Part shown: positions 51,955 through 64,000 of the stretch, piece by piece
Layout of the letters: each line of letters starts with the position of its first letter
Position numbering within the stretch: the stretch's first letter is position 1
NCBI RefSeq assembly: GCF_006345805.1
Contig: NC_043007.1
Span: forward strand, 36,332,001-36,396,000
DNA length: 64,000 nt
Reading direction: 5' to 3'
Source of the DNA: Octopus sinensis
Taxonomy: Eukaryota
The notes under the pieces: generated by a model
Database searches by the model: none
Seen by the model: only the letters and a program-made list of their open reading frames with translations
What the model was told of the DNA's origin: nothing
Made by a program: the position numbers and the translations under genes

Positions 51955-52420
51955 ATAATAATAATAATGAAATTATTGTATACAGTGCTCAGGTGCACCA
52001 CAACTTGTCAGAAAGTGCATATAAAGTGTATGCAGTAATGTACAAATGTCTGGAAAGTGAACAATGTATGAGTCAGATACATGCTTGTGTGTGTATGGAG
52101 GGGAGAAAATCAGGTGTAGTGTTGGCAAATCTCAGAAAGCATGGAAGCTTTAAAGGATGCGGTGCTCCGACAACTAACAACTGATGCCGGCAATTTGTTC
52201 CATGCTTCAGCAACTCTCAGCATGAAAAAATGTTTCCGAAAGTCATGGGAGCTGTGCTGTTTTCTGACTTTGTAAATATGCCCACGGGTGTTAGATGGGT
52301 GGAGTTTGAAAAGAGTTTGTAAGATGGTTAATAATTTTATGGGTGTCTGCCAAGTCAGCTGCCAGACGTTGGAGTTTCAATGTGTCCATGCCCAGGGAAG
52401 TAAGGCATTCAGAATATGGC
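51955..52420 (-). mobile_element. CR1-like LINE 3' end fragment
   Basis: LGMDTLKLQRLAADLADTHKIINHLTN plus a (TAT)n tail. Same family as 53750-54520. Confidence 0.85.
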
Positions 52421-53409
52421 AAATGCCATATTGTTCCCACCACAGGGAAATAAAACTTACTTCTCACTATGGGACAATGGAAGATGGTAACAGATATTAA
52501 CCACACCTTTTCAAGTGAAGTATATTGTCATCCACTTCACCTCTAACCTTCCTAGCATATGGAGAATTCAAACGACCCCACACCACTATAGCACCACTGA
52601 TACCTTCATCCTTCTAGCTGTCTGCTTTCTTATAAATGCGACAAAATTCATTTCCAACCAAATAACATTCGGAACGCAATTCATACTCACTCTCTCCTTT
52701 CCTCTTACCATTTCTCTCGTGTTTAATAAAATATAACTTTGCCGGTACCGCCTGACTGGCCGTCATGCTGGTGGCACGTAAAAGCACCCACTACACTCTC
52801 AGAGTGGTTGGCGTTAGGAAGAGCATCCAGCTGTAGAAACTCAGCCAGATCAGATTGGAGTCTGGTGCAGCCATCTGGTTCGCCAGTCCTCAGTTAAATC
52901 ATCCAACCCATGCTAGCATGGAAAGCGGACATTAAACGATGATGATGATGATGATGATTACCTAAGTTTTAACAACCTCTTCTTTGAAATATTCATCTTG
53001 TGCAGCAATACACTGGTCCCAGCATTGCTGCCACTTTTGGATTCTAGCCTGGAAGTCATTTTCCGTAAACAAGTTGAGGACTTTCTGTGATTCTTTCTGG
53101 GTCTCAACAACAGTGTTAAAACAGTGACCTTTGAGCTGCATTTTCATCTTGGGATAAAGGCAGAAATCCACAGGTGCTAAATCTGGCGAATAAGGTGGGT
53201 GAAGAAGTGATACCATGTTGTTTTTGGCAAGAAACTCACAAGTGAGGAGAGTTCAAAGACAGAGTACATTGTCATCGTGAAGAATCCAATTCTTTGTGCT
53301 CCACAGATCCAGTCGCTTTCGCTGAATGTCCTCCTTCAAACCCTTCAAATCATCACAGTAGAACTCTCGATCGATATCAGGCCCTGGGGGATGGATTCTT
53401 GATGCACAA

Positions 53410-54663
53410 TACAGGGATTCCCTGACTTGCACGAAATTCGACTTGAGCGAGCCAACTTTTGATACCGAGTGTTCAGGTTGCACGAGTTGTATTCTCGACT
53501 TGCGCTTGTTGTAAAAATATTTATTATCAATGGTTGCATTGCCTTGTCTGTTATCTTGTTATAATAATAATAATAATAATGAAATTATTGTATACAGTGC
53601 TCAGGTGCACCACAACTTGTCAGAAAGTGCATATAAAGTACATGCAGTAATGTAGAAATGTCTGGAAAGTGAACATGCTTGTGTGTGTATGGAGGGGAGA
53701 AAATCAAGTGTAGTGTTGGCGAATCTCAGGAAGCATGGAAGTCTTATAATAATAATAATAATAATTGTGTACGGTGCTCAGGTGCACTACAACTCATCTA
53801 AAGTGTATATATAATCAGGTGTAGTTTCGGCGGATTTCGGAAAGCATGAGGGCCTTAAAAGATGTCTTGAAGGATGCAGTGCTCCGACAACTAACAACCG
53901 ATGCCGGCAGTTTGTTCCACGCTTCAGCAACTCTCAGCGTGAAAAAATGTTTCCTGAAGTCATGGGAGCTGTGCTGTTTTCTTACTTTGTAGATATGTCC
54001 ACGGGTGTTAGATGGGTGGAGTTTGAAGGGGTGCTCAGAGTTATTGTTTGTAAGATGGTTGATAATTTTATGGGTGTCTGCCAAGTCAGCTGCCAGACGT
54101 CGGAGTTTCAATGTGTCCATGCCCAGGGAAGTAAGGCGTTCAGGATATGGCAAATGCCTGATGGAGGGTATTCTTTTGGTTGCACGTCGCTGAACAGCTT
54201 CCAGACGATTGATGTCCTGGGCAAGATAGGGGTTCCAGACCGGTGATGCAAATTCCAGGTGAGGTCTTACCATAGCTATATAAAGCCACAGATAGATAGC
54301 CGGAGAGCGGCTCACAAAGGATTTGGTGAGTGATGCCAAGACACCCTCAGCCTTCTTGACAATTTTAGCGATGTGTTTTGTCCAACGCAAATCACTGTCG
54401 ACAATAACACCCCGGTCACGTTCACTTGAAGACTTTTTGAGACTAGTGTTGTGGAGGGAGTAGGTGGACGCTGGGTTTCTCCTCCCAAAATGCATGGTGG
54501 TACATTTGTCCACAGCCAGCTTGAGTTCTATCCATCATTTCAAATATACATAAAGTAAAAATAATTGTGTTTGAATAATTGATAATAATATCTGGTACTC
54601 GACTTGCGCAAATTTCGAATTGCGTGTCCCCCAATTACTCGCGCAAGTCGAGGAATCCCTGTA
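53410..54663. mobile_element. Tigger-like MITE inserted at a TA in the mariner and itself interrupted by LINE fragments
   Basis: TIRs cagggattcc.tgacttgc / gcaagtcgaggaatccctg with TA flanks. Confidence 0.7.
53750..54520 (-). mobile_element. CR1-like LINE 3' fragment; a second 3' tail of the family lies at 53570-53745
   Basis: 232-aa ORF DKC..MHFG...RDRGVIVDSDL...VRPHLEFASPVWNP...LEAVQRRATK...FFTLRVAEAWNKLP. Confidence 0.92.
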
Positions 54664-54989
54664 CCACATTTTCGGTGGGGTGGGGTAATGCTTGTGGCAA
54701 GTCTTCCAGATTGCTTATCATCTTCCAGTGATGTTCTTTCTGCTTTTGAAGTGCCCATGCCACTTGAAACATTGCGTATGACCCATTGCCTCATGGCCAT
54801 AAGCTTATATTGAAGCTAGCTCAATGTCTCTGTAGCAGACTTCCCAAGCTTAACACAATAAATTTTATTCACTGAAATAATTTCCATTATTATTAATGAC
54901 CTTTGCCCATCTATCAGGCAATTTAAATATTCTATCAGCATAAAATTTGACTGGTTTTGAAGAAAAAAAGTTATCTAGATGCATTTGAC

Positions 54990-55620
54990 TCCATCTAAAT
55001 CTTTATTTTTCTTTGCAATGAGTTCTGTAGAAACAAAAACAAATGGTAGTTGGATGGTGCAATATCAGGAGAATATGGTGGATTGGGTAAAAGATTCCAG
55101 CCAAATTCACGTAACTTTGTTCAGGCAGCCAAAGATACATGTATGTATGTTTTGTTTTAAGTATTCTCATGCATATAATTGCATGTCTAGATATGCTCAT
55201 ATATACTTAAATGTTAAACTTCTGGAAAGTTTTACAGATTTTAACAGTTCCAGTGATTGCTTCAATCTGTAGTCTTCGCATCAGCTTTCTCCTTTCTGAT
55301 TTTGAGAAGCCTAATTTCTCAAGATTGGTATTCAGGCAGGGTATCACATATAAAGGCACATGGCTCAGTGGTTAGAGTGTCAAGCTTACGATCTATATAT
55401 ACATATATACGACAGGCTTCTTTCAGTTTCCTAATTGGAACACTACTCCTCTCCTGTTGATTTTTTTATTCAAATTAGCAAGCTGATGACAATACAAATC
55501 AGAATTAACGGTCTGGTTTTGTAGGAGATAAAGAGTGAGGTTTGGAATTCTGATACAACCAAATTCAAAGCAAGACACCCAAAGAAGGCTGAAACATAGA
55601 GAAAATAACAATTAAGGGGA
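54990..55620 (-). mobile_element. Mariner fragments with SINE debris
   Basis: QTVNSDLYCHQL..L...I and GWNLLPNPPYSPDIAPSNYHLF. Confidence 0.75.
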
Positions 55621-56457
55621 GGACATCAGTCTGACTAATATAAACAGTATACATAAACATTCTCCTGTGGAGATTGAACCTAGGCTATATAAAAAAAAAC
55701 AAAAAAAAAGTAAAATACAAAGGTGTTTTATATTTTTTAAAACACTGTTGCTTGTTGTTTCACCCTAGTTTAGTTCCGATCCAGCAAACATATGATCAAA
55801 GGCATTCCAGATGTGACCATCCTAAATTTTTTACTCAGCATAGTGTAGACAGGACTATTATTATTATTTAGTCCCAGATCAGTTTTGATCAGGCAAACCT
55901 GTGATGAAAAATGTTCCAGTTATGACCATCTCATCTAACTTTTAGATATTGTGCCTGTGGCATTACATTTTTTCTGTATATCCTTTCATTTTGAGATGTT
56001 AGCATGCGAGTGCATTTGACTGCTATTTCTAGCAAGCTGAGGCACCACATAGAGACTTACTAGCTTCACTCTTTTGTAGCCATTTTCTGCCTTTGTTTCA
56101 ATTAATTTTGAAAATATCAAAGAATAACTTCATCTTTATTAAGCTGATGTTTAGAACAGAAATTAATATATTTTCATGGAAGGTTTTAACTCTTTGTGGA
56201 GGCGCGTGGCCTAGTGGTTAGGGTGTCAGCATCATGATCGTAAGATTGTGGTTTCGATTCCTTGACATGGCGATGCGTTGTGTTCTTGAGCAAAGCATTT
56301 CATTTCATGTTGTTCAAGTCTACTCAGCTGGCAAAAATGAGTAACGCTGCGATGGACTGGCATCCTGTCCAGCTGGGAAATACATATGCCATTGAAACCG
56401 GGGAAACTGGGCCCATGAGCCTGGCTAGGCTTTAAAAGGGTGCATTTATTTATTTAT

Positions 56458-56675
56458 TTAACTCTTTAGCATTCAGATTATTCTGTCAAATGTAATGTGT
56501 TTTTTTATTCACAATATTTTGCTTTAATCAATCAATGTCTTGCAGCTTTGAGATGTTGAGGATGTGGTTGTTTATTTTTAGAATGTCACTTTAGTGTGGG
56601 TGTGAGAGCCCAGATCTAGCCAGTTTGAACATAAAACAGGTCAAATATTTTAGCTGGATATGGCTGGTTTAAATG
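56458..56675. mobile_element. Short interspersed element with TTAA-CCC/CTC-like termini (piggyBac-like MITE?)
   Basis: Its right half is the reverse complement of the unit in the 172-bp array and matches 4945-5037. The superfamily assignment is inferred from the ends only. Confidence 0.45.
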
Positions 56676-58491
56676 TTCATCATCATAGTTTAATGTCTGC
56701 TTTCCATGCTAGCATGGGTTGGACAATTTGACTGAGGTCTGGCGAACCAGATGGCTGCACCAGACTCTAATCTGATCTGGCAGAGTTTCTACAGCTGGAT
56801 GCCCTTCCTAACACCAACCACTCCGAGAGTTTGGTGGGTGCTTTTACATGCCACCGGCACGAGGGTTAATTAGGCGGTAACTGGCAACAGCCACGCTCAA
56901 ATGGTGCTTTTTATGTGCTACCAGCACAGGAGCCAGTCCAGCGATACTGGCAACGACCTCACTCGAATGTTTTTTCATGTGCCACTAGCACAAGTGTCAG
57001 TAAAGTGACGCAGGTAACGATCACGCTCGAATGGTGTTTTTTACATGCCATCGGCACAGAGGCCAGCTTGTTACTCTGGCAACAATCTCACTCATATGGT
57101 ACTCTTAGCACTCCACCAGCACGGATGCCAGTCATCGAATTTGATTTTGATTTCACTTGCCTCAACAGGTCTTCGCAAGCAAAGGGTTAATTTAGATTAC
57201 TTTAACACAGTTTGTATCATAGAACCAAGGAATGTCTGAAACAGGTTAGCATCAAAAGGGTTAAAGTGTCTGCCTTCCTAAGTTGTGTGAGGCTATGGTA
57301 TCTGAATGTAGCAATGCCTCTACTAATATTATCATCACCACCATTTGATATCCTTTTTCCAAGCTGGCACGGGTTGGATGGTTTGACAGGATCTAGTAAG
57401 CCAGAGGACTGGACCAAACTCTGCTCTCTATCTTGGCATGGTCTCTACAGATGGATGCCCTTCCTAATGCCAGCCAGTTTATAGAAAGTATACTGTGTGC
57501 ATTTTATATGGCAGCAGCACCAACAAGGTCACTGAATAACTTGCACAACAATGACCACTCAACTGAGAGGGGGAGTGATACTGAGGGATGTGGCTGTGTG
57601 CTAGATGAAGAGAGGTTAAACTATTATAGAAGGGCACTAACCCATACTTGCACTAGCTGTTCTGTGTACACATACACCCTCCCATATGTAGAGTTAAACA
57701 GAGGGTGCAGGAGTGGCTGCGTGGTAAGTAGCTTGCTTACCAACCACATGGTTCTGGGTTCAGTCCCACTGTGTGGCACCTTGGGCAAGTGTCTTGTTAC
57801 TATAGCCTCGGGCCAACCAAAGCCTTGTGAGTAAATTTGGTAGACGGAAACTGAAAGAAGCCTGTTGTATATATATATATATATGTTTGTGTGTATGTGT
57901 TTGTCCCCCCAACATTGCTTGACAACAGATGCTGGTGTGTTTATGTCCCCGTCTTTTTGCCAAACCACTAAGTTACGGGGATGTAAACACACCACCATCG
58001 GTTGTCAAGCGATGTTGGGGTGACAAACACAGATACACACACACATACAATGGGTTTCTATCAGTTTCCGTCTACCAAATCCACTCACAAGGCTTTGGTC
58101 GGCTCAAGGCTATAGTAGAAGACACTTGCCCAAGGTGCCACGCAGTGGGAATGAACCCGAAACCATGTGGTTGGTAAGCAAGCTACATACCACACAGCTA
58201 CTCCTGACCTAGGAACATACCCAACACTTGAATGTTTATTTATACATATATATCATTGCTATTATGTAAAGCTGTCACATGTCCAAATTTGGCCAAATGC
58301 AGTTTTTCAACATTTATTTTTGTTTGCAATAGATGGTTTTTTTGGTCAAACTATCGCATCTCCAACTGCTTAAGATGCCAAGATATCAAAAATTGTCAAA
58401 GTATAGAACAACAGTTTTGCTATGGAATGGTGAAATTATTTTTTCGTTTTCGTTTTACGACACTTTTGCATAATAGAAATAAGTATGTATG

Positions 58492-58531
<40 letters not shown>

Positions 58532-59051
58532 GCAATAAAAATGGTAATTAATTTTTCTGTGGTTTTTCATATAACCGACAATTATTTACCGGTAAATTTC
58601 GGTATGTAAATATGACAAATTCATCGTCAGGAACTTTGTAAGGTTCAGTATTCCATTACGATTACCCAGACGGCACGCATGGCAGAATTTTGGAGGGAAA
58701 ATTTACGTTCCCAGTCATTACTTAGTTTTAACATCTGCACACTTCCCCCCACTATCTGATGTAGCTGGGTCAGAAGTGAGGGCCTGTGGCATTTGTTAAA
58801 TCTATCGAATATAGTGCCGAAGAAGGAAATCAAACTATTTTCTGAGTTTGTGATCCAGAAACATGTTCGCTATTAACGGTAAGTGATTGTCTACGTCTAT
58901 TTGCTACTCCGATTTTGTGTATGTGAACCGCAGGGTCCTTCGTTTTTGGAATCTCCACTTACAGAAAATAGAAAAAACAGTCTTTGACTGACATTTCTAA
59001 TTCCTTCGGTATGCGGCGAAGCAGCCTGTTGCTAGCCCTTTTTATTAGCTT

Positions 59052-59087
<36 letters not shown>

Positions 59088-60678
59088 TTCATAAGATATC
59101 TTTACCATTTCCACAATTTATATCTAGATATATGCAACCAATAGAGCCCACAATGGAAGTGTTTCGATGTTTCTAATAAAACTTTGTCAATGTTTTCCAA
59201 TAAACTCTGCTGAATTATCCTTATTTTTCACTTTTTCAAATTGTAAAGGTAATTTTTGGACATATATACATACACACTAGTGTGTGTATGTGTCTGTTTA
59301 TAGTTGCACTTCTCCCAAAATTGTTCAGCTACAGGCAGTGGGTGAGTATATCTGTGTGTGTATAAATACATGTAGTGTCTGTCCACGTTAAGATGTATAT
59401 CTTAACATGAACACACACACGTGTCTCATCATCACCACTTTTTGATGCCTACCTGGGTTGGATGAAGTTTATTGAGCCAGATTTTCTACAGCTGGATACC
59501 TCACCTGTTTCCAAGTAGCGTAATCTTTCCCAATGGCCATGCATATTTTCACAGAATACAGGAAACGAATTACACTGCTTGTGTGACTGATGCACATTTA
59601 CAACTACTACATGTAGCAAAGACAAGGAAACAAAAATACACACACACACACGATGAGCTTCTTTCAGTTTCTGTCTACAAACCCACTCACAAGACGTTGG
59701 TCATAACTTAGGTCAGTAATAGACGACACTTACCCAGAGTGCTATGTAGTGGGACTGAACCCCAAACCATGTGGTTGGGAAGCAAACCTCTGAAGTACAC
59801 AACTACCTCTGTCTGTTTCTCTGTCTGTATGTATGTATGTATATACATGTACACCTACAGCTACTTCTCCCCCCAGTCTCTCTCTCTTTGTATATATATA
59901 TGTATATGTAGAGGCGCAATGGCCTAGTGGTTAGGGAAGCGGACTCGAGGTCGTAGGATCGTGGTTTCGATTCCCAGACCGGGCGTTGTGAGTGTTTATT
60001 GAGCGAAAACACCTAAAGCTCCACAACTTTCTCTCACTCTTTCTTCTGTTGGCCTGCTCGCTAAGCCAGCGGGGTGGCGTCATTTGAAGGCTAAAACAAT
60101 GCGAAGCGCATTGTGACCAGCGATGTGTAGCAACATCTGATAGCCTGGTCGGTCACATATTTATATATGTATGTATAACATTATTCAGTTCCTATCAAGA
60201 TTTCTTGCCAATAGAAAAAGAACCGGTTTCTAACCTAGACCCAAGGCTCCTTCATTGGAATTTCTACATCATCAACAGGGTATTTTTGTTTGTTTGTATG
60301 CATATGTGTGTGTGTGTGTATGTATGTATGTAACAAATGTTGCGATTCAGTCTTATATAAGCTTCCGTTTATGTTATTTACAATCTTGTGTAATCATTAT
60401 AAAAATGATTACTATAGAATAATTACATGCTCAGGCATGTCACATTTCATTGATCAGTAGAGTTAAATGTGCATTGTAGTTTTACGGAAAATGAGTAACA
60501 TTAAGACGAATATAACAACTGTTTCTGTTATTTTATTAGAAGAGAAAAAAAAATTGGGATAAAAACATGTTGATGTTCATAACAAAATGTCCTTTACATT
60601 TCTTATTTGTTTGTTGTTGTTTTTTTTTCACAAATGAAAAAATAAAATAAAATTGCTATAGTTCAAAACAGAAACAGG

Positions 60679-61107
60679 GGCGATCTTTCGTCTCTAGTAG
60701 ACCTTTCCGTCGATTTCCGTAAAATTTTTTTTTTTTTTTACATATGGGCTTGCGGGAACTTTTGAAGTACTATACATACATATACACATACACCGAGTAA
60801 AAAATTTCAGTTATCTCTTTCTTTCACACATTACTCTCTCTGTCTCTTCACACACACTAACAGAAGCACTTCACTTACACAACATACTGTCTGTCTCCCA
60901 CACCCCATCAAACACACACACACACATGTACATCAATGCTCCCATGCACGGTAACTTCAAAAGAATTTCCCTCGTTATACAATCGCTTTCTCTTAGTCTC
61001 TTTCGCTCTCATTACTTCAAAAGTTCCCGCAAGCCCATATGTAAAAAAAAAAAAGAAGTTTTTTTACGGAAATCGACGGAAAGGTCTACTAGAGACGAAA
61101 GATTGCC
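60679..61107. mobile_element. MITE with about 90-bp TIRs
   Basis: gcgatctttcgtctctagtagacc...gggaacttttgaagta is inverted at about 61013-61107. Confidence 0.8.
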
Positions 61108-61870
61108 GAAACAGGTGTTTGCCTTGATTAAATTCTCTTTTTGATTTTATAAATGAAAAGAAAAAATTGTTTTTAAATTGCTGAGTTGCAGGCGGTGAGA
61201 AAAAAAAAACTTGAAAGATGACAGATATTGAAAACTTTAAACCGTCTAAAATATATTTCAACCAAAAATAATATATTACAGTTTAGCGGAATGCATTATT
61301 TTTTGTCTGTTTATGTTTTAAATTTTTAAAAAACTTTTTGAGGAGAGTTACGTCAGAATTGATAAACCGAGGGACTAAATTCCTCGTGGAATTTAGTTAA
61401 GTCCCTTTACGTTTTCTGGTTTAAAATCTTACCCAGGTCCACTTTTGCCTGTCGTCTTTCTAAAGTCGATCAAAGTACATGGATTGATATAATCGATTAA
61501 ACCTAATAAAGGCAGTGCTACAGTATGGATCCCCGTAGGATCTTATCCTGGCCGTAATTCAAATGTTGAATTCTGTAAAAAGTCAAACTCAATACAATTT
61601 CTCTATATTTTTCTGTTATAATCCCAACACATATCCAAGCACAAATTCAGGTTTTGGGGTATAACCGACTTAATTGACCACAGTACTTGACTGGACTCTG
61701 ATTTTATCGACCCGGGTAAGATTTGAACTCAGAACGTAAAGGGAGATTATTAAATAGAACATCATATTTACTCCGTCGATCCATCAATCTGGTCCCTATC
61801 CAATAATGATTATAAAAATAATTATAACAGTTAATAATTATCGTCATGGACTTAAATAAACATAAATATT

Positions 61871-62833
61871 TTACGTGACTTTCCGCTTTGAATTAATTCT
61901 CCACGCTCCAATAGAATAGTGAAGCCAAATGAGGAAGAGGTCCTTGCCCATTTGCAACCAGCTCCAGAAAGGAACTAATTTAGAGCCTTCAATTTCTTCC
62001 CAAGTGACAGCTACTTCTGCAATTCTCATTTTAAAATACTGCGCAAGATAAAGAATGTCAACATCGAAAGCCCACCTTTCCACGTGTAAGTTTCGGAACA
62101 GAAGCAAAGCGGCCTCTCTACTCAGCAGTTTAAATCCACATTGGGTATCCTTCACACCTCTCACGCAGAGAAGCCAAACAACAAAGTGGAAACCGTACAT
62201 GAGAATAGTCCTAAAGTAGGTCCGTGTGGCTATAGAATCTTTTTCCAAGTGTGCTCGCGAACCGCAAATTACGACCAAATTTGATGGAATTTTACGAATT
62301 TCTTGCTCTAATTTCTTTTCCAATTTATCCAGATCACTGAACTTAGTGGCTCCATCAGCATCGGCGAAGAGTATTCTCCGACCACGGGACGACAACACTC
62401 CCAGACGGATTGCGCCTCCTTTACCGCGATTTTTCTCAAGCGTCAACACCCGGATTTTATCCACTCCATACTTCCCCACGTACAACAGTCCGGTTTCTGT
62501 AGTGCCGTCGCTACTGCCATCGTCAACGATAATTATCTCGTACGTAAAAGCGGGGTTGCTTTTCTGTCGTTTGTTTAAGTAAGCTATAGCTTCGTTTAAC
62601 ATCTGCGGCATTCGTTCTTCTTCATTATACGCAGGTACCACAACAGTAAGGTCTATAGAGGCAGCGTCGGTATTATGCAAAAAACGTAACTTTCTTTTGT
62701 TGTTTTTCGGATCGACAAAGAACATTTCGGACTCATGACGTTCAAGGCTTGGATGGGGTTCCGCGACGATATATATAACAAATAAAAATACCAATATCAC
62801 CAAAGCGATGATAATTAAACCGGCGAATAACAT
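61871..62833 (-). CDS. ALG5: Dolichyl-phosphate beta-glucosyltransferase (GT2), intronless, 320 aa
   Basis: ATG at 62833 in the context gtggcgATG, an N-terminal TM segment, then LTVVVPAYNEEER, YEIIIVDDGSSDGT, NRGKGGAIRLG, LFADADGAT, DTQCGFKL, WAFDVDIL, W.EIEGSKLVP. No interruptions. Confidence 0.95.
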   Translation of the reverse strand: MLFAGLIIIALVILVFLFVIYIVAEPHPSLERHESEMFFVDPKNNKRKLRFLHNTDAASIDLTVVVPAYNEEERMPQMLNEAIAYLNKRQKSNPAFTYEIIIVDDGSSDGTTETGLLYVGKYGVDKIRVLTLEKNRGKGGAIRLGVLSSRGRRILFADADGATKFSDLDKLEKKLEQEIRKIPSNLVVICGSRAHLEKDSIATRTYFRTILMYGFHFVVWLLCVRGVKDTQCGFKLLSREAALLLFRNLHVERWAFDVDILYLAQYFKMRIAEVAVTWEEIEGSKLVPFWSWLQMGKDLFLIWLHYSIGAWRINSKRKVT

Positions 62834-63467
62834 CGCCACGTCTGACGATATTTGTTGAGTGTTTGTATCTTTTTGAGTTTTCAAAACGCAGAAGAGTTCT
62901 TCACTAGCCGAATCACTCTGTCCTACGTAATCAAAAGTGTTTGCAGTGTGGGAGGGGGGGGTGAATAATAAAAATAGGAGGCGCAATGGCCCAGTGGTTA
63001 GGGCAGCGGACTCGCGGTCATAGGATCGCGGTTTCGATTCCCAGCCCGGGCGTTGCGAGTGTTTATTGAGCAAAAACACCTAAAAGATTTCCACGAGGCT
63101 CCGGCAGGGGATGGTGGTGATCCCTGCTGTACTCTTTCACCACAACTTTCTCTCACTCTTACTTCCTGTTTCTGTTGTACCTGTATTTCAAGGCGCCGGC
63201 CTTGTCACTCTCTGTGTCACGCTGAATATCCCCGAGAACTACGTTAAGGGTGCACGTGTCTGTGGAGTGCTCAGCGACTTACACGTTAATTTCACGAGCA
63301 GGCTGTTCCGTTGATTCGGATCAACCGGAACCCTCGTCGTCGGAACCGACGGAGTGCTTCCAGGTTAAAAAGGAAGAAAAGAAAGAATAATAATAATAAT
63401 AATAATGAAATTATTGTATACAGTGCTCGGGTGATGTTGACATATAGCTTGTCTTGATCTATTCTTT

Positions 63468-63858
63468 GATCTTTTCGGTTTGAACGGCAGTAGGTAACTA
63501 AAAACTTTTAAACTTCGTATACTGGTAGAATGTGTTTATAAAACATCTTTTTCTCTTGGCTTTATTGAGAAAACTCTATAGTTTGTAAGATATTTGTTGT
63601 TTTTTTCTTCAAATTCTGCAATTTCAACCAATCACTGACGTCTATTGAGGTAAAAAGCATTCGGTGCCGTATGAATATGTCCTTCGTTTAAGAAACAGAT
63701 TGGGTTTATTTACATTTGTGAAGAAAAAAAAGATACCCTTCCCCCACTCCTAACCCTAAAGCAGATTGAAATGCAATAGATCGATACTAGGTCATAATTA
63801 TGGGTGACAATTTCATATGACACCGCTAGAAAAAACTGCCGTTCAAACCGAAAAGATC
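63468..63858. mobile_element. MITE with TIR gatcttttcggtttgaacggcagt and a nested small inverted element (about 63661-63826)
   Basis: Inverted termini are seen directly. It shares aaacttcgtatactg.tagaatgtgt with the 29-30 kb element. Confidence 0.75.
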
Positions 63859-64000
63859 CCTATTCTTCTCCTTGCTACATTAAATTTAAAGCTGTTGACC
63901 TGTGGCTGTCACCAATATCACCACCACCAAAATATATGCCTCTGATTTTTTTTTCTTATCACCACTCACTTTTTCTTTCTAATTTTGGTACAAGGCCAGC

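Larger units (their letters stand above)
52959..54850 (-). mobile_element. Mariner element split by nested insertions
   Basis: The N-terminal part (SLEDDKQSGR) is at 54665-54850. The C-terminal part (WILHDDN, HPPYSPDLAPVDFCLYPKMK) is at 52962-53409. Confidence 0.85.

Noticed and set aside
54979-55272. 97-aa plus-strand ORF
   Set aside because: It is the antisense shadow of a mariner C-terminus (PPYSPDIAPS).
62834-63079. 82-codon N-terminal extension of the ALG5 ORF in the ORF track
   Set aside because: It starts at GTG inside an antisense SINE. The same peptide recurs at other SINE copies (3626-3853, 59803-60012). Homology to ALG5 starts at the ATG at 62833.

Overview
This is AT-rich eukaryotic (animal) genomic DNA, dense in microsatellites and interspersed repeats. 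The repeat landscape looks like an octopod cephalopod, but that is an inference and was not checked against any database. Four host genes are supported: (1) the last two coding exons of an isthmin-type AMOP-domain gene (+, 7179-9803); (2) a complete four-exon HTD2-like mitochondrial MaoC/hot-dog dehydratase (-, 23823-11140, 178 aa); (3) a single-exon 497-aa protein with a strongly divergent forkhead domain (+, 41203-42696); (4) an intact, intronless ALG5 (-, 62833-61871, 320 aa). The rest is transposon debris: several tRNA-derived SINE families, CR1/Jockey-like, RTE and L1/Tx1-like LINE fragments, mariner/Tc1 remnants, MITEs, non-autonomous Helitrons, Penelope-like element (PLE) remnants and two six-copy tandem arrays. 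The signal no ORF track shows is about 15 hammerhead-ribozyme (HHR) motifs with many different sequences. Nine have intact CUGANGA/GAAA cores and all nine lie within 26.5-37.4 kb, several as head-to-head inverted pairs. No rRNA, bona fide tRNA gene or CRISPR array is supported. All structures were read by eye, so coordinates of degraded repeats are approximate.
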